Assembly (NCBI GenBank): GCA_965223005.1
Contig: CBDCVK010000003.1
Coordinates: 64,001 to 128,000 of the forward strand
DNA length: 64,000 nt
Source: Terriglobia bacterium
GTDB taxonomy: Bacteria > Acidobacteriota > Terriglobia > JAJPHL01 > JAPKYU01
Direction of reading: 5' to 3'
The translations under genes and the position numbers were made by a program. Numbering within the stretch: position 1 is the first letter of the stretch; each line of letters opens with the position of its first letter. Positions 41,122-50,328 of the stretch are shown here, piece by piece. A model generated the notes under the pieces. That model saw only the letters and a list, made by a program, of their open reading frames with translations. It was not told the origin of the DNA and did no database searches.

Positions 41122-42333
41122 ATGAGTCAATCATTGAGACGCAGAGATTTTCTTAGCTTGGTTGGGGTGGGAACGGCGGGGCTGTTTGTTTCCCCTTTGG
41201 CTTTTGGCTCAAAAACAGATCCGCTTTTCCAGTCGAAGGACGTCTTCACCGCTGGCCTGGACGGGATTCGCGAGTATAGGATCCCCGCCCTGGTTACCAC
41301 CAGCAAGGGTACGTTGCTGGCGCTTTGTGACGCCCGGGTGGAGAAGCCCGGTGATGCTCCCAACAACATCGACCTGGCTTTGAAGCGCAGTGTCGATAAC
41401 GGCGAAACCTGGGAGCGAATGAAGATTCTCATTGATTTCCCCGGCTATCAAGCGGCCTGCGATCCCTGCATGCTGGTCGACCGGCAGACGGGTCACATCT
41501 GGATCATCTACGACCACATCTGGCCCACCTTAGAGTCACTGGAAAAGGCTAACAGAACTCTTCCCGAGGGCCTCCAGCCTGACGGACGAGGCCGGATCAT
41601 CATGCTTCATGCCATCGTCAGTGACGACGACGGACAAACCTGGTCCCAGCCGAGGGATATCACCAGCATGCTCACGCAGCCGGGCTGGACCGGGGTGATG
41701 GCTGCACCGGGCATGGGTATCCAGATGCGAAATGGCCGTCTGATCGTTCCATGCTACTTCAGCCGAGGAAAGCCAGCGACGAATGAAAGAGATCACTCCA
41801 CGGTAGCCTACAGCGACGACCATGGTAAGACGTGGCAACTGGGGGCCGGAGCCGGCCCTGCGACGAATGAATGCCAGGTGGTGGAATTAGCGGACGGCAG
41901 CTTGATGCTGAACATGCGCAGCTACCACGGAAAAGGATGCCGCGCCGTTGCCACATCCAAGGACGGGGGCAAAACCTGGTCTGAGCTGAGTCACGAGTAT
42001 GCATTGATCGAACCACGTTGTCAGGGAAGCTTCATTCGCTTTACGGATCGGAGGGGTGTCTACGCCAAGAATCGGCTTTTATTCTCTAATCCGGCCCACA
42101 AAAAAGACCGCGTCAACATGACGGTTCGGCTCAGCTATGACGAGGGCAGGACTTGGCTACTCTCGAAAGTCATCTATCCTGGACCTTCCGCCTATTCGTG
42201 TCTGACAGCTCTTCCAGATGGGACAATTGGCCTGCTTTACGAAAACGGCAAGAACGAGCCGTACGACCGGATTACTTTTGCGCGATTCAACTTAGAGTGG
42301 CTTACCGATGGGAAGGACCAGTTGGCGGTCTGA
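41122..42333 (+). CDS. Tat-exported sialidase (GH33/BNR)
   Basis: RRRDFL twin-arginine signal, YRIP motif, several Asp-boxes (SVDNGETW, SDDDGQTW, SDDHGKTW, SKDGGKTW, SYDEGRTW), SAYS, LLYE. Confidence 0.9.
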   Translation: MSQSLRRRDFLSLVGVGTAGLFVSPLAFGSKTDPLFQSKDVFTAGLDGIREYRIPALVTTSKGTLLALCDARVEKPGDAPNNIDLALKRSVDNGETWERMKILIDFPGYQAACDPCMLVDRQTGHIWIIYDHIWPTLESLEKANRTLPEGLQPDGRGRIIMLHAIVSDDDGQTWSQPRDITSMLTQPGWTGVMAAPGMGIQMRNGRLIVPCYFSRGKPATNERDHSTVAYSDDHGKTWQLGAGAGPATNECQVVELADGSLMLNMRSYHGKGCRAVATSKDGGKTWSELSHEYALIEPRCQGSFIRFTDRRGVYAKNRLLFSNPAHKKDRVNMTVRLSYDEGRTWLLSKVIYPGPSAYSCLTALPDGTIGLLYENGKNEPYDRITFARFNLEWLTDGKDQLAV

Positions 42334-42487
42334 GACTGATCCCCACGGAGCAGCGGATCAGTTTGAGTCGGCTATAGAAGGGCAACGCCTCCGTTAGGCG
42401 CGCCGCAGACGGGATACGGCTGCAACTCACTAGCCGAGTTTCAGGTGTCAGCTTCAGACTACAGCTTGGAACCTGGCACCTGAAACC

Positions 42488-42631
42488 TCAAACCTGTTGA
42501 TTGCGGGATTCCAGCAGGCGGCGGAGGGCATCCAGGTCGCGGCGGAGCTGGCGCTGGCGCATGGCGATGCTGAACAGGTAGCCCAGGTGCACCAGCCAGG
42601 CAGCGAGGAATCCATAGAAGAGCCAGTTCAT
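42488..42631 (-). CDS. ccmD: CcmD family small membrane protein
   Basis: MNWLFYGFLAAWLVHLGYLFSIAMRQRQL...; TM plus charged tail; ATGA overlap with ccmC. Confidence 0.75.
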   Translation of the reverse strand: MNWLFYGFLAAWLVHLGYLFSIAMRQRQLRRDLDALRRLLESRNQQV

Positions 42632-43314
42632 GAGAGGACCTCCCGGCGCAACGCCTCCACTTCCTGGCGCGCTTGTTCCAGTTGCAGGCGCTGGTACATA
42701 AGGAAAGCAAACAGCAGCAGCAGCGCCCCGAGTGCTTGCAACAGCCCCAGCCACATCTGCGGATCGAGGCCCGAGTCGGAGCCGCCGGCGATCACCGGCT
42801 GCGGGTGTTGGGTCCGCCACCAGCGGTTGGCCATGTACACCAGGGGCACGTCCAGGAAACCGAGGATGCTGAGCACGGCAGAGATGGTGGCCCGCCGCGT
42901 CGGCTCATCCAGGAAACCGCGCAGTACCAGGTAGGAGACATAGATCAGCCACAGCACGAAGGTGGAAGTCAGCCGGGCGTCCCACGTCCACCAGATGCCC
43001 CACACCGGCTTCGCCCAGATGGGTCCAGTCACCAGCACCACCGAGCAAAAGACCACGCCAATTTCTGCCGCCGAAACCGCCCAGCGGTCCCACCTAAAGT
43101 TCCGGCTGACCAGGTAGGCGACGCTGGCCCCGGCTGAAACAGCGAAGGCGAGAAAAGCCACCACCGCCGACGGCAAATGAAAGTAGAAGATGCGCTGCAC
43201 CGCGCCCATGGTGACTTCCATGGGCACTTCCAGGAAGATGGCGTGCAGCGCTTTGGCCATCACCCCCAGCGTGACGGCGAACAGGACCAAAGCGGTGATT
43301 GGACGTTGGTTCAC
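42628..43314 (-). CDS. ccmC: Heme exporter CcmC
   Basis: RIFYFHLP, TGPIWAKPVWGIWWTWDARLT and WWRTQH motifs. Confidence 0.95.
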   Translation of the reverse strand: MNQRPITALVLFAVTLGVMAKALHAIFLEVPMEVTMGAVQRIFYFHLPSAVVAFLAFAVSAGASVAYLVSRNFRWDRWAVSAAEIGVVFCSVVLVTGPIWAKPVWGIWWTWDARLTSTFVLWLIYVSYLVLRGFLDEPTRRATISAVLSILGFLDVPLVYMANRWWRTQHPQPVIAGGSDSGLDPQMWLGLLQALGALLLLFAFLMYQRLQLEQARQEVEALRREVLS

Positions 43315-43377
43315 AGCTTCTCCCCAAGGTATAGCCAAAGGTATAGCGGGCCAACCACCGGTCTGTTGCCCGCTCCC

Positions 43378-44058
43378 TTACGGTTCCGCCAGCACATATT
43401 CCACCAGCAGCAGCGAGGCCACCGTAAAGATAATATCGAAGCCCAACATGAGCTTCATCCATAGCTGGTAAGCGCGCCAGGGCTGCGCCGCCAGCACCGC
43501 AGTGGTGGCCTGGACTATGGCGAGCAGCAGGGGCGTGAGAAGGGGAAACAGCAGCACGGGCAGCATCATCTCGCGGGTGCGGATGGTGATGGTCATCCCC
43601 GCTAGCAGGGTGCCCAGCACGGCGAATCCCCAGGTGCCCAGTAGCAGGATCGCCGCCAGCGGCGCCGCATGCTCGAGCACGCTCACGTTGTAGAATACCG
43701 CGAACAGCGGCAGCATCAGCAGCTCCATCAGAAACAGGAAGCCAACGTTGCCCAGCACCTTACCTAGGTAAAGCGCCGCCGGAGAAACCGGCGCCGCCAG
43801 CAGCCCGAGCAGCGCGTCGTTGGGCAGCTCGCGGGCAAAGCTGCGGTTCAAGGCCAGAATCCCGGCGAAGGTGATGGCCACCCAGAGCAGGCCGCCGGAA
43901 ATCTGCCGGGTCTCCTCCGCGGTGGGCTCGAACGAGAAGCTGAAGGTCACCAGCACGATGAGCGCAAACAGCAGGCTGGTGTTCAGCACCTCCTTGGTGC
44001 GGCGCTCGGCGCGTGCGTCTTTGCCCAGCACGGCCAGAGATGCTTTCCAGAACCCCAC
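43378..44058 (-). CDS. ccmB: Heme exporter CcmB
   Basis: GLLWV, SFARE, LYLGK and LPVLLFPL motifs; position in the ccm operon. Confidence 0.92.
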   Translation of the reverse strand: MGFWKASLAVLGKDARAERRTKEVLNTSLLFALIVLVTFSFSFEPTAEETRQISGGLLWVAITFAGILALNRSFARELPNDALLGLLAAPVSPAALYLGKVLGNVGFLFLMELLMLPLFAVFYNVSVLEHAAPLAAILLLGTWGFAVLGTLLAGMTITIRTREMMLPVLLFPLLTPLLLAIVQATTAVLAAQPWRAYQLWMKLMLGFDIIFTVASLLLVEYVLAEP

Positions 44059-44059
44059 C

Positions 44060-44791
44060 TCAGGTCCTCCCCGTTTCCGAGCCTGTTTCCGAGCCCGTTT
44101 CCGAGATTGACGCGCGGCGCACCGAATGCGGAGTGCTCTCGCCGAAGCGGGTCATCCGTCCGCGTTCCAATACCAGCACGGTGGTGGCCAGCTCCAGCGC
44201 CTGCCGCTGGTCGTGGGAGCTGAAGACGACGGTGCGGCCGGCGGTGCGCCAGCCCGCCAGCAGATCACGCAGCGCCTGCGCCGCCGACTCGTCCAGCCCG
44301 GTGAAGGGCTCGTCCAGCAGTGCCAGGTCCGGTTCGTGCAGAAAGGCGCGGCCCAGAGCCAGCCGCTGCCGCATGCCGCGGGAAAAATGACGGACCAGTT
44401 GGTCGCCAACCTCAGTCAGTCCGGCCGCCCTCAGTTGGCCCTCGACGCGCGCGGCGCGGTCGCTGAGTCCGTAGAGGCGCGCGAAGAACTCCAGGTTCTC
44501 GCGTGCCGTTAATTCCTCGTAAAGGAACGTCTGGTGGCTGAGCAGGCCGATGGACGCTTTGGCGGCCAGCCGCGCGGTTCCGGCCATCTCCACCCCGCCA
44601 ATGCGCACGCTGCCGCTGGTGGGTTGCGTCAGCAACGCCAGCAGGTGAAGCAGCGTGGTCTTACCGGCTCCATTGGGACCGAGCAGGGCCAGCACTTCCC
44701 CGGGCCGCAGCCCGAACTCCACCTTCCGCAGCGCCGGCTGCTCCCCGTAGGATTTGTTTAGCTGGATAGCCTCGAGAGCGAAGAGAGACAC
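44060..44791 (-). CDS. ccmA: Heme ABC exporter ATP-binding protein CcmA
   Basis: GPNGAGKTT, LTARENL, FSRGMRQR and LDEPFTGLD motifs; upstream of ccmB. Confidence 0.92.
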   Translation of the reverse strand: MSLFALEAIQLNKSYGEQPALRKVEFGLRPGEVLALLGPNGAGKTTLLHLLALLTQPTSGSVRIGGVEMAGTARLAAKASIGLLSHQTFLYEELTARENLEFFARLYGLSDRAARVEGQLRAAGLTEVGDQLVRHFSRGMRQRLALGRAFLHEPDLALLDEPFTGLDESAAQALRDLLAGWRTAGRTVVFSSHDQRQALELATTVLVLERGRMTRFGESTPHSVRRASISETGSETGSETGRT

Positions 44792-44809
44792 GATAATCGG
44801 CGCCCGTGG

Positions 44810-46285
44810 TCAAGCCCGGCGCTTGCGGGAGGGGGCTCCGCCGCGGGCAACCTGTCTGGGCAGGGTACCAGGCTTTTGCTGAAGCCATAGGCGCAGGAAA
44901 CCCATCCCCAGCGCAGCCAACACCATCGCCAGCAGATACTCGCGCCACTCCCCGACCGGGCCCAGCCGGGAAACGACGTCGGAATCGTTCTCGGCCGCGC
45001 CGCCCCCCTCACCCGTCGCACCCAATGCTGGCCGCCCTTCGCCCGCCAGCCGCACCGTCCAGCGATCGTTGCGCGCCAGGTCGTGGATTCGAAAACCAGT
45101 CTCCGGCTCGGTACTCAAGAAGCGCACCCCTTCGCCTTCCAGAGTGACACCTTCGGGAACCGCCAGCAGCGTGCGCTCTACCTCCTCGACCGCCTGCGAC
45201 TCAAACTCCAGCGAGCCAGGATAATCCAGGTGATAGTTGACCCCGATTCGGTTCTCGCCAGGCTTAAGCGGATGGCTAACGGCCAGCACGCCGGACTGAG
45301 CGACGTACGGCCGCGGCTCCAACGGAATCGACATACCAGCCGCGCCTCGGAGGCTGACCTGCACGTTACGGCTGCCCCCCTCCGGGACAAAGAACCGGAA
45401 CGTGTTGCCCGCCGGGGCATAGGTGGCCGGCGGGTCCGATCCGTTCCACAGGCGGTAGGATTCGATCACCAATAGCTTGCCCCTCGTAGGGTGCAAAATC
45501 ACCGCGCGCTCAGCCACGCGAATGGCGGAAGCCGGAGCGCCGGCTTCATAAATCGCCAGCTCTACGGGTGCAGTGCCCACAGTGGGCTCGGTGTAGCGCA
45601 CGCCGCCATGCTCCACCTGCACCAGCAACATCGCTGGCGGCGCAGGCACCTCGACAGGTTGAAAGCGGAAGCGCCCCCCACGGTCGCTGATCACCTGCTC
45701 CAGCGACTCTTTGCTCTCGCCGGCGCGGATCAGCGCCACTAGCGCGCCGGTGGCCGGATTACCCGTGGTGCCATTGCGCACGACTCCCTCAACTGCCACC
45801 TGCTCGGCAACTGCGGGCAGTGCGGCGATACTCACCCCAGCGAGCAGCAGCAAAACCACCACCATCTGCAGGCGGGTGCCGCATTCCGAGCAGTGCTTGT
45901 GCTTCGCCGGGTTCGGATGTCCGCAGGAAGGGCAAAGAGGGGCCTCACCTCCGCTTGCCGTCTCCACTGCCGGCTCGGCCGTGTCGGCTGCCTTGCGCTT
46001 GCCTGCCGGCTCCCGACGGGTTTCTAACTCCTCAATCTGCTTCATCACCAGTGCCAGCTCGTATTGCAGAGAGGTTTTTAACTGCTGGTAATCTTCGTCG
46101 GAGAACTTGCCGGTGCGGTATTCAAAGTGCAGGTCCTTCAGGTTGTCATAAAGGACCTTCTTCTTCTCCTGCAGATGATCCAGCCGAGTAGGCGGCTGGG
46201 GGACGTGGATTTCCTGCCGGGGAACCCACAGCGTGTACAGGAGCACGAACCCGGCCAGTGCAGCACAGACCAGGACCACGCTCAT
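44810..46285 (-). CDS. CcmI-like N-terminus, zinc ribbon and exported carboxypeptidase-regulatory-like domain
   Basis: TM followed by LKDLHFEYRTGKFSDEDY; CPSC...CSEC; internal signal-like segment; C-terminal TM. Confidence 0.65.
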   Translation of the reverse strand: MSVVLVCAALAGFVLLYTLWVPRQEIHVPQPPTRLDHLQEKKKVLYDNLKDLHFEYRTGKFSDEDYQQLKTSLQYELALVMKQIEELETRREPAGKRKAADTAEPAVETASGGEAPLCPSCGHPNPAKHKHCSECGTRLQMVVVLLLLAGVSIAALPAVAEQVAVEGVVRNGTTGNPATGALVALIRAGESKESLEQVISDRGGRFRFQPVEVPAPPAMLLVQVEHGGVRYTEPTVGTAPVELAIYEAGAPASAIRVAERAVILHPTRGKLLVIESYRLWNGSDPPATYAPAGNTFRFFVPEGGSRNVQVSLRGAAGMSIPLEPRPYVAQSGVLAVSHPLKPGENRIGVNYHLDYPGSLEFESQAVEEVERTLLAVPEGVTLEGEGVRFLSTEPETGFRIHDLARNDRWTVRLAGEGRPALGATGEGGGAAENDSDVVSRLGPVGEWREYLLAMVLAALGMGFLRLWLQQKPGTLPRQVARGGAPSRKRRA

Positions 46286-46818
46286 GCCTCGCGCTCCAGC
46301 TCTTCGTCAATCGAGGCAGTGTAGCGTTGGAGAGGACCGCTGGGGAGGGTATCGCTGGCGCGGGTACCGCTGCTGGGCGCGGCGGTTGAGGCCGGTGGGC
46401 CGGCACGTTCGGCCGCCGGCTGCGGCCGCCAGCGCTTCACGACCCGGAAAATCACTGCCAGGCCCAACAACAGCGCGGCCACAGGCATGATCCAGGCCAC
46501 CAGGCCGATGCCCCGGGCAGGCGGCGTCGCCAGGACGCCGGCGCCCATCTGCTGGACGAACTCCTCGACGATCCCTTCTTCGCTCTTCCCCGCGGCGATC
46601 GAGGCGCGGACCTGATCCCGCATGGGGTAGGCGGTGCCACAGGGATGCATATTGCATCCCTGCAGGTGCTGCCCGCACCCGCACTGGCACAGCAGCCGGT
46701 CCGAGAGGCGGTTGAACGCCTCTTCCGAAGGGCTGGCGCGGCGCGGACTGAGGGCACCCGCGATGACCAAGCCTACTGCGACCAGGCTCACCGCGGCGAT
46801 CTTATGCCAGGACTTCAT
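46282..46818 (-). CDS. ccmH: Cytochrome c biogenesis protein CcmH/CcmL
   Basis: RLLCQCGC, MRDQVR, FVQQMGAGVLATPP and WIMP motifs. Confidence 0.85.
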   Translation of the reverse strand: MKSWHKIAAVSLVAVGLVIAGALSPRRASPSEEAFNRLSDRLLCQCGCGQHLQGCNMHPCGTAYPMRDQVRASIAAGKSEEGIVEEFVQQMGAGVLATPPARGIGLVAWIMPVAALLLGLAVIFRVVKRWRPQPAAERAGPPASTAAPSSGTRASDTLPSGPLQRYTASIDEELEREA

Positions 46819-48880
46819 CCTTTTGTTTGGTCCTTTGAGACGCGATCTTGAGGGCCACGCGCGCCGGCGGCGGCGGACGATTGGGAACCAAGGCAATGCC
46901 GGTTCCCAGCGCCATCACCAACCCTCCCAGCCAGATCCAATTCACCAGCGGGTTCAGGAACACCTGGAGGAAGGCACCGCCGTCGGTGCCGGCCTCGGCC
47001 AGCACCACGTACAGGTCCTCGCTCATGCGGGAGCGGATGGCCACTTCACTGGTCGGCTGTTGGCTGGTCTTAAACATGCGCTTTTCCGGCATCATCGTGT
47101 CGATGGGCTGGCCGTTCTTTTTGGCGTGGACGTAGGCGCGCTGGAAAGCGTAGTTATCGGTCTCACCCATCTCCACGCTGTGCAGCGTGAGGGTGAAATT
47201 TCGAACTAGCAGCGGCTCGCCGGGCTTCAACTGGCCCTGCTTCTCGACGTTAAAGGCAGCGCCCGTGAAGCCAATGAAGACGAACACGATTCCCAGGTGG
47301 ACGATGTAGCCGCCGTAGCGGCGCGTGTTCCGCAGGGTGAGCTGCGCGGCCGCCCGGGGCAGCGAAACGGCTGTCTTGCGCCGGATAGCCCACGCGCCCC
47401 GGTAGAATTCCGAGATCACCGTGGCGGCCACAAAGCCACACAGGGTGAACGAGACCAGCGGGTAGAAACCGCGGGCGCCGAGCCAAAAGGTCAAAGCCCC
47501 GAACGCCACACCAAACAACGCCGGTGGAAACAGGCTCTTCTCCAGGCTCTTGAGGGAACTGCGCCGCCAGGCGATCAGCGGTCCCACGCCGGTCAGGAAC
47601 AGGAGAAACAGTCCTATGGGGATGTTCACCGTGTTGAAAAACGGTGGGCCCACGGTGATCTTGGTACCCTGAATGGCCTCGGTGATCACTGGGAACAGCG
47701 TGCCCCACAGCACGGCAAAGCAGGCGGCGAGCAAAATCAGGTTATTGAACAGGAAGCTGGACTCGCGAGAGACCACCGATTCCAGATGATTCTCGCTCGT
47801 CAAGTAGTCATGCGGCAGGAAATGTGGCCATGGGCGTGGCCATGGGCGGAGTCGTAGGCCCCGCCGGATTAGGATCAGCACGATCGAGAAGAGGATGCCT
47901 ACCCCCAGGAAGCCAACAAAGTAGTCGCCGATGGGCGACAGGGCAAAAGTGTGGACCGAGCTGACAATGCCGCTGCGCGTCAAGAAGGTTCCGAAGATGC
48001 ACAGGAAGAAAGTGGTGAACACCAGCACCATGTTCCACACCTTCATCATGCCCTTCTTCTCCTGCATCATCACCGAATGCAGGAAGGCGGTGCCAGTCAG
48101 CCAGGGCAGCAGCGAGGCGTTCTCCACCGGGTCCCACCCCCAGTACCCGCCCCAGCCCAGCACGGCGTAGGCCCAGCGGGCGCCCAGCAGGACGCCAACC
48201 GTCTGGAACAGCCAGGCGATCATGGTCCAGTTGCGGGTGGCCCGGATCCAACCCTCGCCGGGAGCGCGGGTGATCAGGGCGGCCATGGCGAAGGCGAAGG
48301 GCACCGAGAAGCCGATGTAGCCCAGGTAAAGCATCGGCGGGTGGATGGCCATCATCCAGTACTGCAGCAGTGGGTTCATCCCGTTGCCGTCGGGGGGAAC
48401 GAACCGAGCGAAGCCCTCGGAAGTCTCGAACCCCAACAGGGTGAACGGGTGGACGACAAACAGGTTCAGCACCAGGAAAAAGCCTTGTACCACCATCAAG
48501 GTGGCAATGACGTAGGGTTGCAGCTCGGGCAGATGCCGCCGGTTCAGCCGGACTGCAATCACGCTGTAGCAGGCCAGCAGCCAGCTCCAGAACAGCAGCG
48601 AGCCTTCCTGGCCCGACCATAGCGCGCTGAGCTTGTAGATGGCCGGCATGGTGATGTTGCTGTGTGCGGCCACGTTCGCGACGTGGAAACTGTCCTGCTG
48701 AAACAACACCACCAGCGCGCCGATGGCCACCGTCAAGGACACCCACAGGGCGGTGACGGAGCGCCCCGCGCTGGCCACCAGCGTCGGCCGATGGGACCAG
48801 TGCCCGGCCAGCGCCGCCACCAGGGCGTACAGGCACAACCCGAACGCCAGAACTAGGGCGAATGCCCCTATGTGCTCCAT
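46802..48880 (-). CDS. ccmF: Heme lyase CcmF
   Basis: WSGQEGSLLFW, GMNPLLQ, IHPPMLYLGY, WAYAVLGWGGYWGWDPVENAS and RSGIVSSVH motifs. Confidence 0.98.
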   Translation of the reverse strand: MEHIGAFALVLAFGLCLYALVAALAGHWSHRPTLVASAGRSVTALWVSLTVAIGALVVLFQQDSFHVANVAAHSNITMPAIYKLSALWSGQEGSLLFWSWLLACYSVIAVRLNRRHLPELQPYVIATLMVVQGFFLVLNLFVVHPFTLLGFETSEGFARFVPPDGNGMNPLLQYWMMAIHPPMLYLGYIGFSVPFAFAMAALITRAPGEGWIRATRNWTMIAWLFQTVGVLLGARWAYAVLGWGGYWGWDPVENASLLPWLTGTAFLHSVMMQEKKGMMKVWNMVLVFTTFFLCIFGTFLTRSGIVSSVHTFALSPIGDYFVGFLGVGILFSIVLILIRRGLRLRPWPRPWPHFLPHDYLTSENHLESVVSRESSFLFNNLILLAACFAVLWGTLFPVITEAIQGTKITVGPPFFNTVNIPIGLFLLFLTGVGPLIAWRRSSLKSLEKSLFPPALFGVAFGALTFWLGARGFYPLVSFTLCGFVAATVISEFYRGAWAIRRKTAVSLPRAAAQLTLRNTRRYGGYIVHLGIVFVFIGFTGAAFNVEKQGQLKPGEPLLVRNFTLTLHSVEMGETDNYAFQRAYVHAKKNGQPIDTMMPEKRMFKTSQQPTSEVAIRSRMSEDLYVVLAEAGTDGGAFLQVFLNPLVNWIWLGGLVMALGTGIALVPNRPPPPARVALKIASQRTKQKDEVLA

Positions 48881-48883
48881 GGA

Positions 48884-49372
48884 TTAGTACGTCCTCGAAC
48901 CTTGCTGGGCTGGGGCCTCCGGCACAACGCCGGTCTCACCCGGTTCTTGCGCCTCATGCGTTGCACTCGGCTTCTGGGCTTCATACTTGGAGGCGCACTT
49001 GGCCTGAATCCGCTTGGCTACGAAAACCCCGTCGGGCCCGTAGGAGCCGTCGGCCAGCGCCTGCGCGCGGTCGCGGAAGGTGTCCGGCAGTGGCTCGGTC
49101 CCTACATACAGTACTGGAAGCGTTTCGCTCTCTTGCTCCAGGGTGAACGAGACGCGGTCGTGGTCCCGGTGAATGGAACCGACCGTGACATCGCCGCCTA
49201 CCCGCAGCCGCTTGCCGTAGGCCTCATCGCCCATGGCCTGCAGCTCCGGGACGGTGACATAGTAGGTCTTGCTTTCCTGGATGCCGCTGACTACCAGCCA
49301 GGTAATCGTGGCCAGAATCAACAGGATTCCTGCGCCAATTTTCCAACGCTCTTTGCGCATTCGACCCGACAC
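48884..49372 (-). CDS. ccmE: Heme chaperone CcmE (CxxxY variant)
   Basis: TM, YYVT, LRVGG, PDTF and AKCASKY in place of AKHDENY; AAGGAGG RBS upstream. Confidence 0.92.
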   Translation of the reverse strand: MSGRMRKERWKIGAGILLILATITWLVVSGIQESKTYYVTVPELQAMGDEAYGKRLRVGGDVTVGSIHRDHDRVSFTLEQESETLPVLYVGTEPLPDTFRDRAQALADGSYGPDGVFVAKRIQAKCASKYEAQKPSATHEAQEPGETGVVPEAPAQQGSRTY

Positions 49373-49645
49373 AGGCACACCCTCCTTCTGCGGGACCGTC
49401 GCGGACCCCGATGTCTATTATATCGCCGTTTGCAAGCGGTTCCCGCCCCAAACGGTGGCATACCGTCCCATCCCAGCAGGCCGCTGAAAATCCTTTTCCG
49501 TACGTTTCCGGTGGGTCGCATGGCCAGAAACGGCCGCGCTCCCCCAGCGACCGACGCCCAACGACCCATCCCCCACGACCGGCGGGCGGGCGGCACGTGC
49601 CGCGCTGTAGTTCCCTGCGGGTTGTTGAGGCGTCGCAGAAAAGGC

Positions 49646-49685
49646 TTGACAGAGGGGTCCAATATATTCAAAGATATGAATATAT
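49646..49685 (+). promoter_or_regulatory. Promoter/operator of the arsR-like gene
   Basis: TTGACA at 49646-49651; palindrome ATATATTCA-N6-TGAATATAT (49662-49685) overlapping the start codon; ArsR/SmtB-like AT-rich operator in a GC-rich genome. Confidence 0.75.
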
Positions 49686-50136
49686 GAATGTGAATTTGGC
49701 CCATCCTCAGGAACTCTTCGCCGCACTCGGCGATCCGCTCCGCCTGCGCCTGGCCTGTTGCCTGACCGCGGTGGAAGGGGGGCTGTGCGTCTGCGAGCTG
49801 GTGGACGCGCTCCAGGTTTCGCAACCCAACGTCAGTCGCCACCTGAAGCTGATGAAAGCCGCCGACTTGGTCGAAGAGCGACGCGAGGGGCGCTGGGTGT
49901 ACGTGCGACTGAAGGATGCCAAGCATCCCCTCTTTGAGCAGATCCGTTGTTGCCTGGAGACGGTGTGCTGCTGCTATGACGTCCAGACCGATCTGAAGCG
50001 GCTGGCGGCGCGGCTGAAGCTGCGTCAGAGTGGCAAATGCGTGGTGGGAGTTCAACCTAGAAAACGGCGTGCGAACACGCCGGGAAAGGAGGCCGACCAT
50101 GTGCCAGTGTCCATGCTCCGTACCGTGTCCGTGTGA
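49684..50136 (+). CDS. ArsR/SmtB family metalloregulator, Cys-rich
   Basis: FAALGDPLRLRL, LCVCEL, SQPNVSRHL and RREGRWVY motifs; additional CC, CC and CCC clusters. Confidence 0.93.
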   Translation: MNVNLAHPQELFAALGDPLRLRLACCLTAVEGGLCVCELVDALQVSQPNVSRHLKLMKAADLVEERREGRWVYVRLKDAKHPLFEQIRCCLETVCCCYDVQTDLKRLAARLKLRQSGKCVVGVQPRKRRANTPGKEADHVPVSMLRTVSV

Positions 50137-50149
50137 CGATTGCTGCTAG
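50099..50149 (+). CDS. Putative 16-aa Cys-rich metallothionein-like peptide MCQCPCSVPCPCDDCC
   Basis: AAGGAGG at 50086-50092, 6-nt spacer, ATG at 50099, TAG at 50147-50149; 7 of 16 residues are Cys; overlaps the arsR 3' end in another frame. Confidence 0.6.
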   Translation: MCQCPCSVPCPCDDCC

Positions 50150-50328
50150 CGAGTCGTGATCTCGTTCGGGCAAAACCGGCGCTGTCAGTGGAGCGGCCGA
50201 TCCACTACAGCCCGGTACAACAAGTTTGCGAGTAGAGGCCAGCATTGCGCACCCGCCCTCCGAGGGCAGGACCGCCCAAGGCTGCAGCTTCTGCCACGCG
50301 CCCAAGGCCAGGAAAGGAGCGCACAAGG

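Noticed and set aside
42376-42400. GTTAGGC after the sialidase as an attC R' site
   Set aside because: No properly placed RYYYAAC or pairing arms upstream
49411-49683. N-terminal extension of the ArsR ORF given in the track
   Set aside because: It runs through the promoter/operator; the ArsR domain begins at ATG 49684
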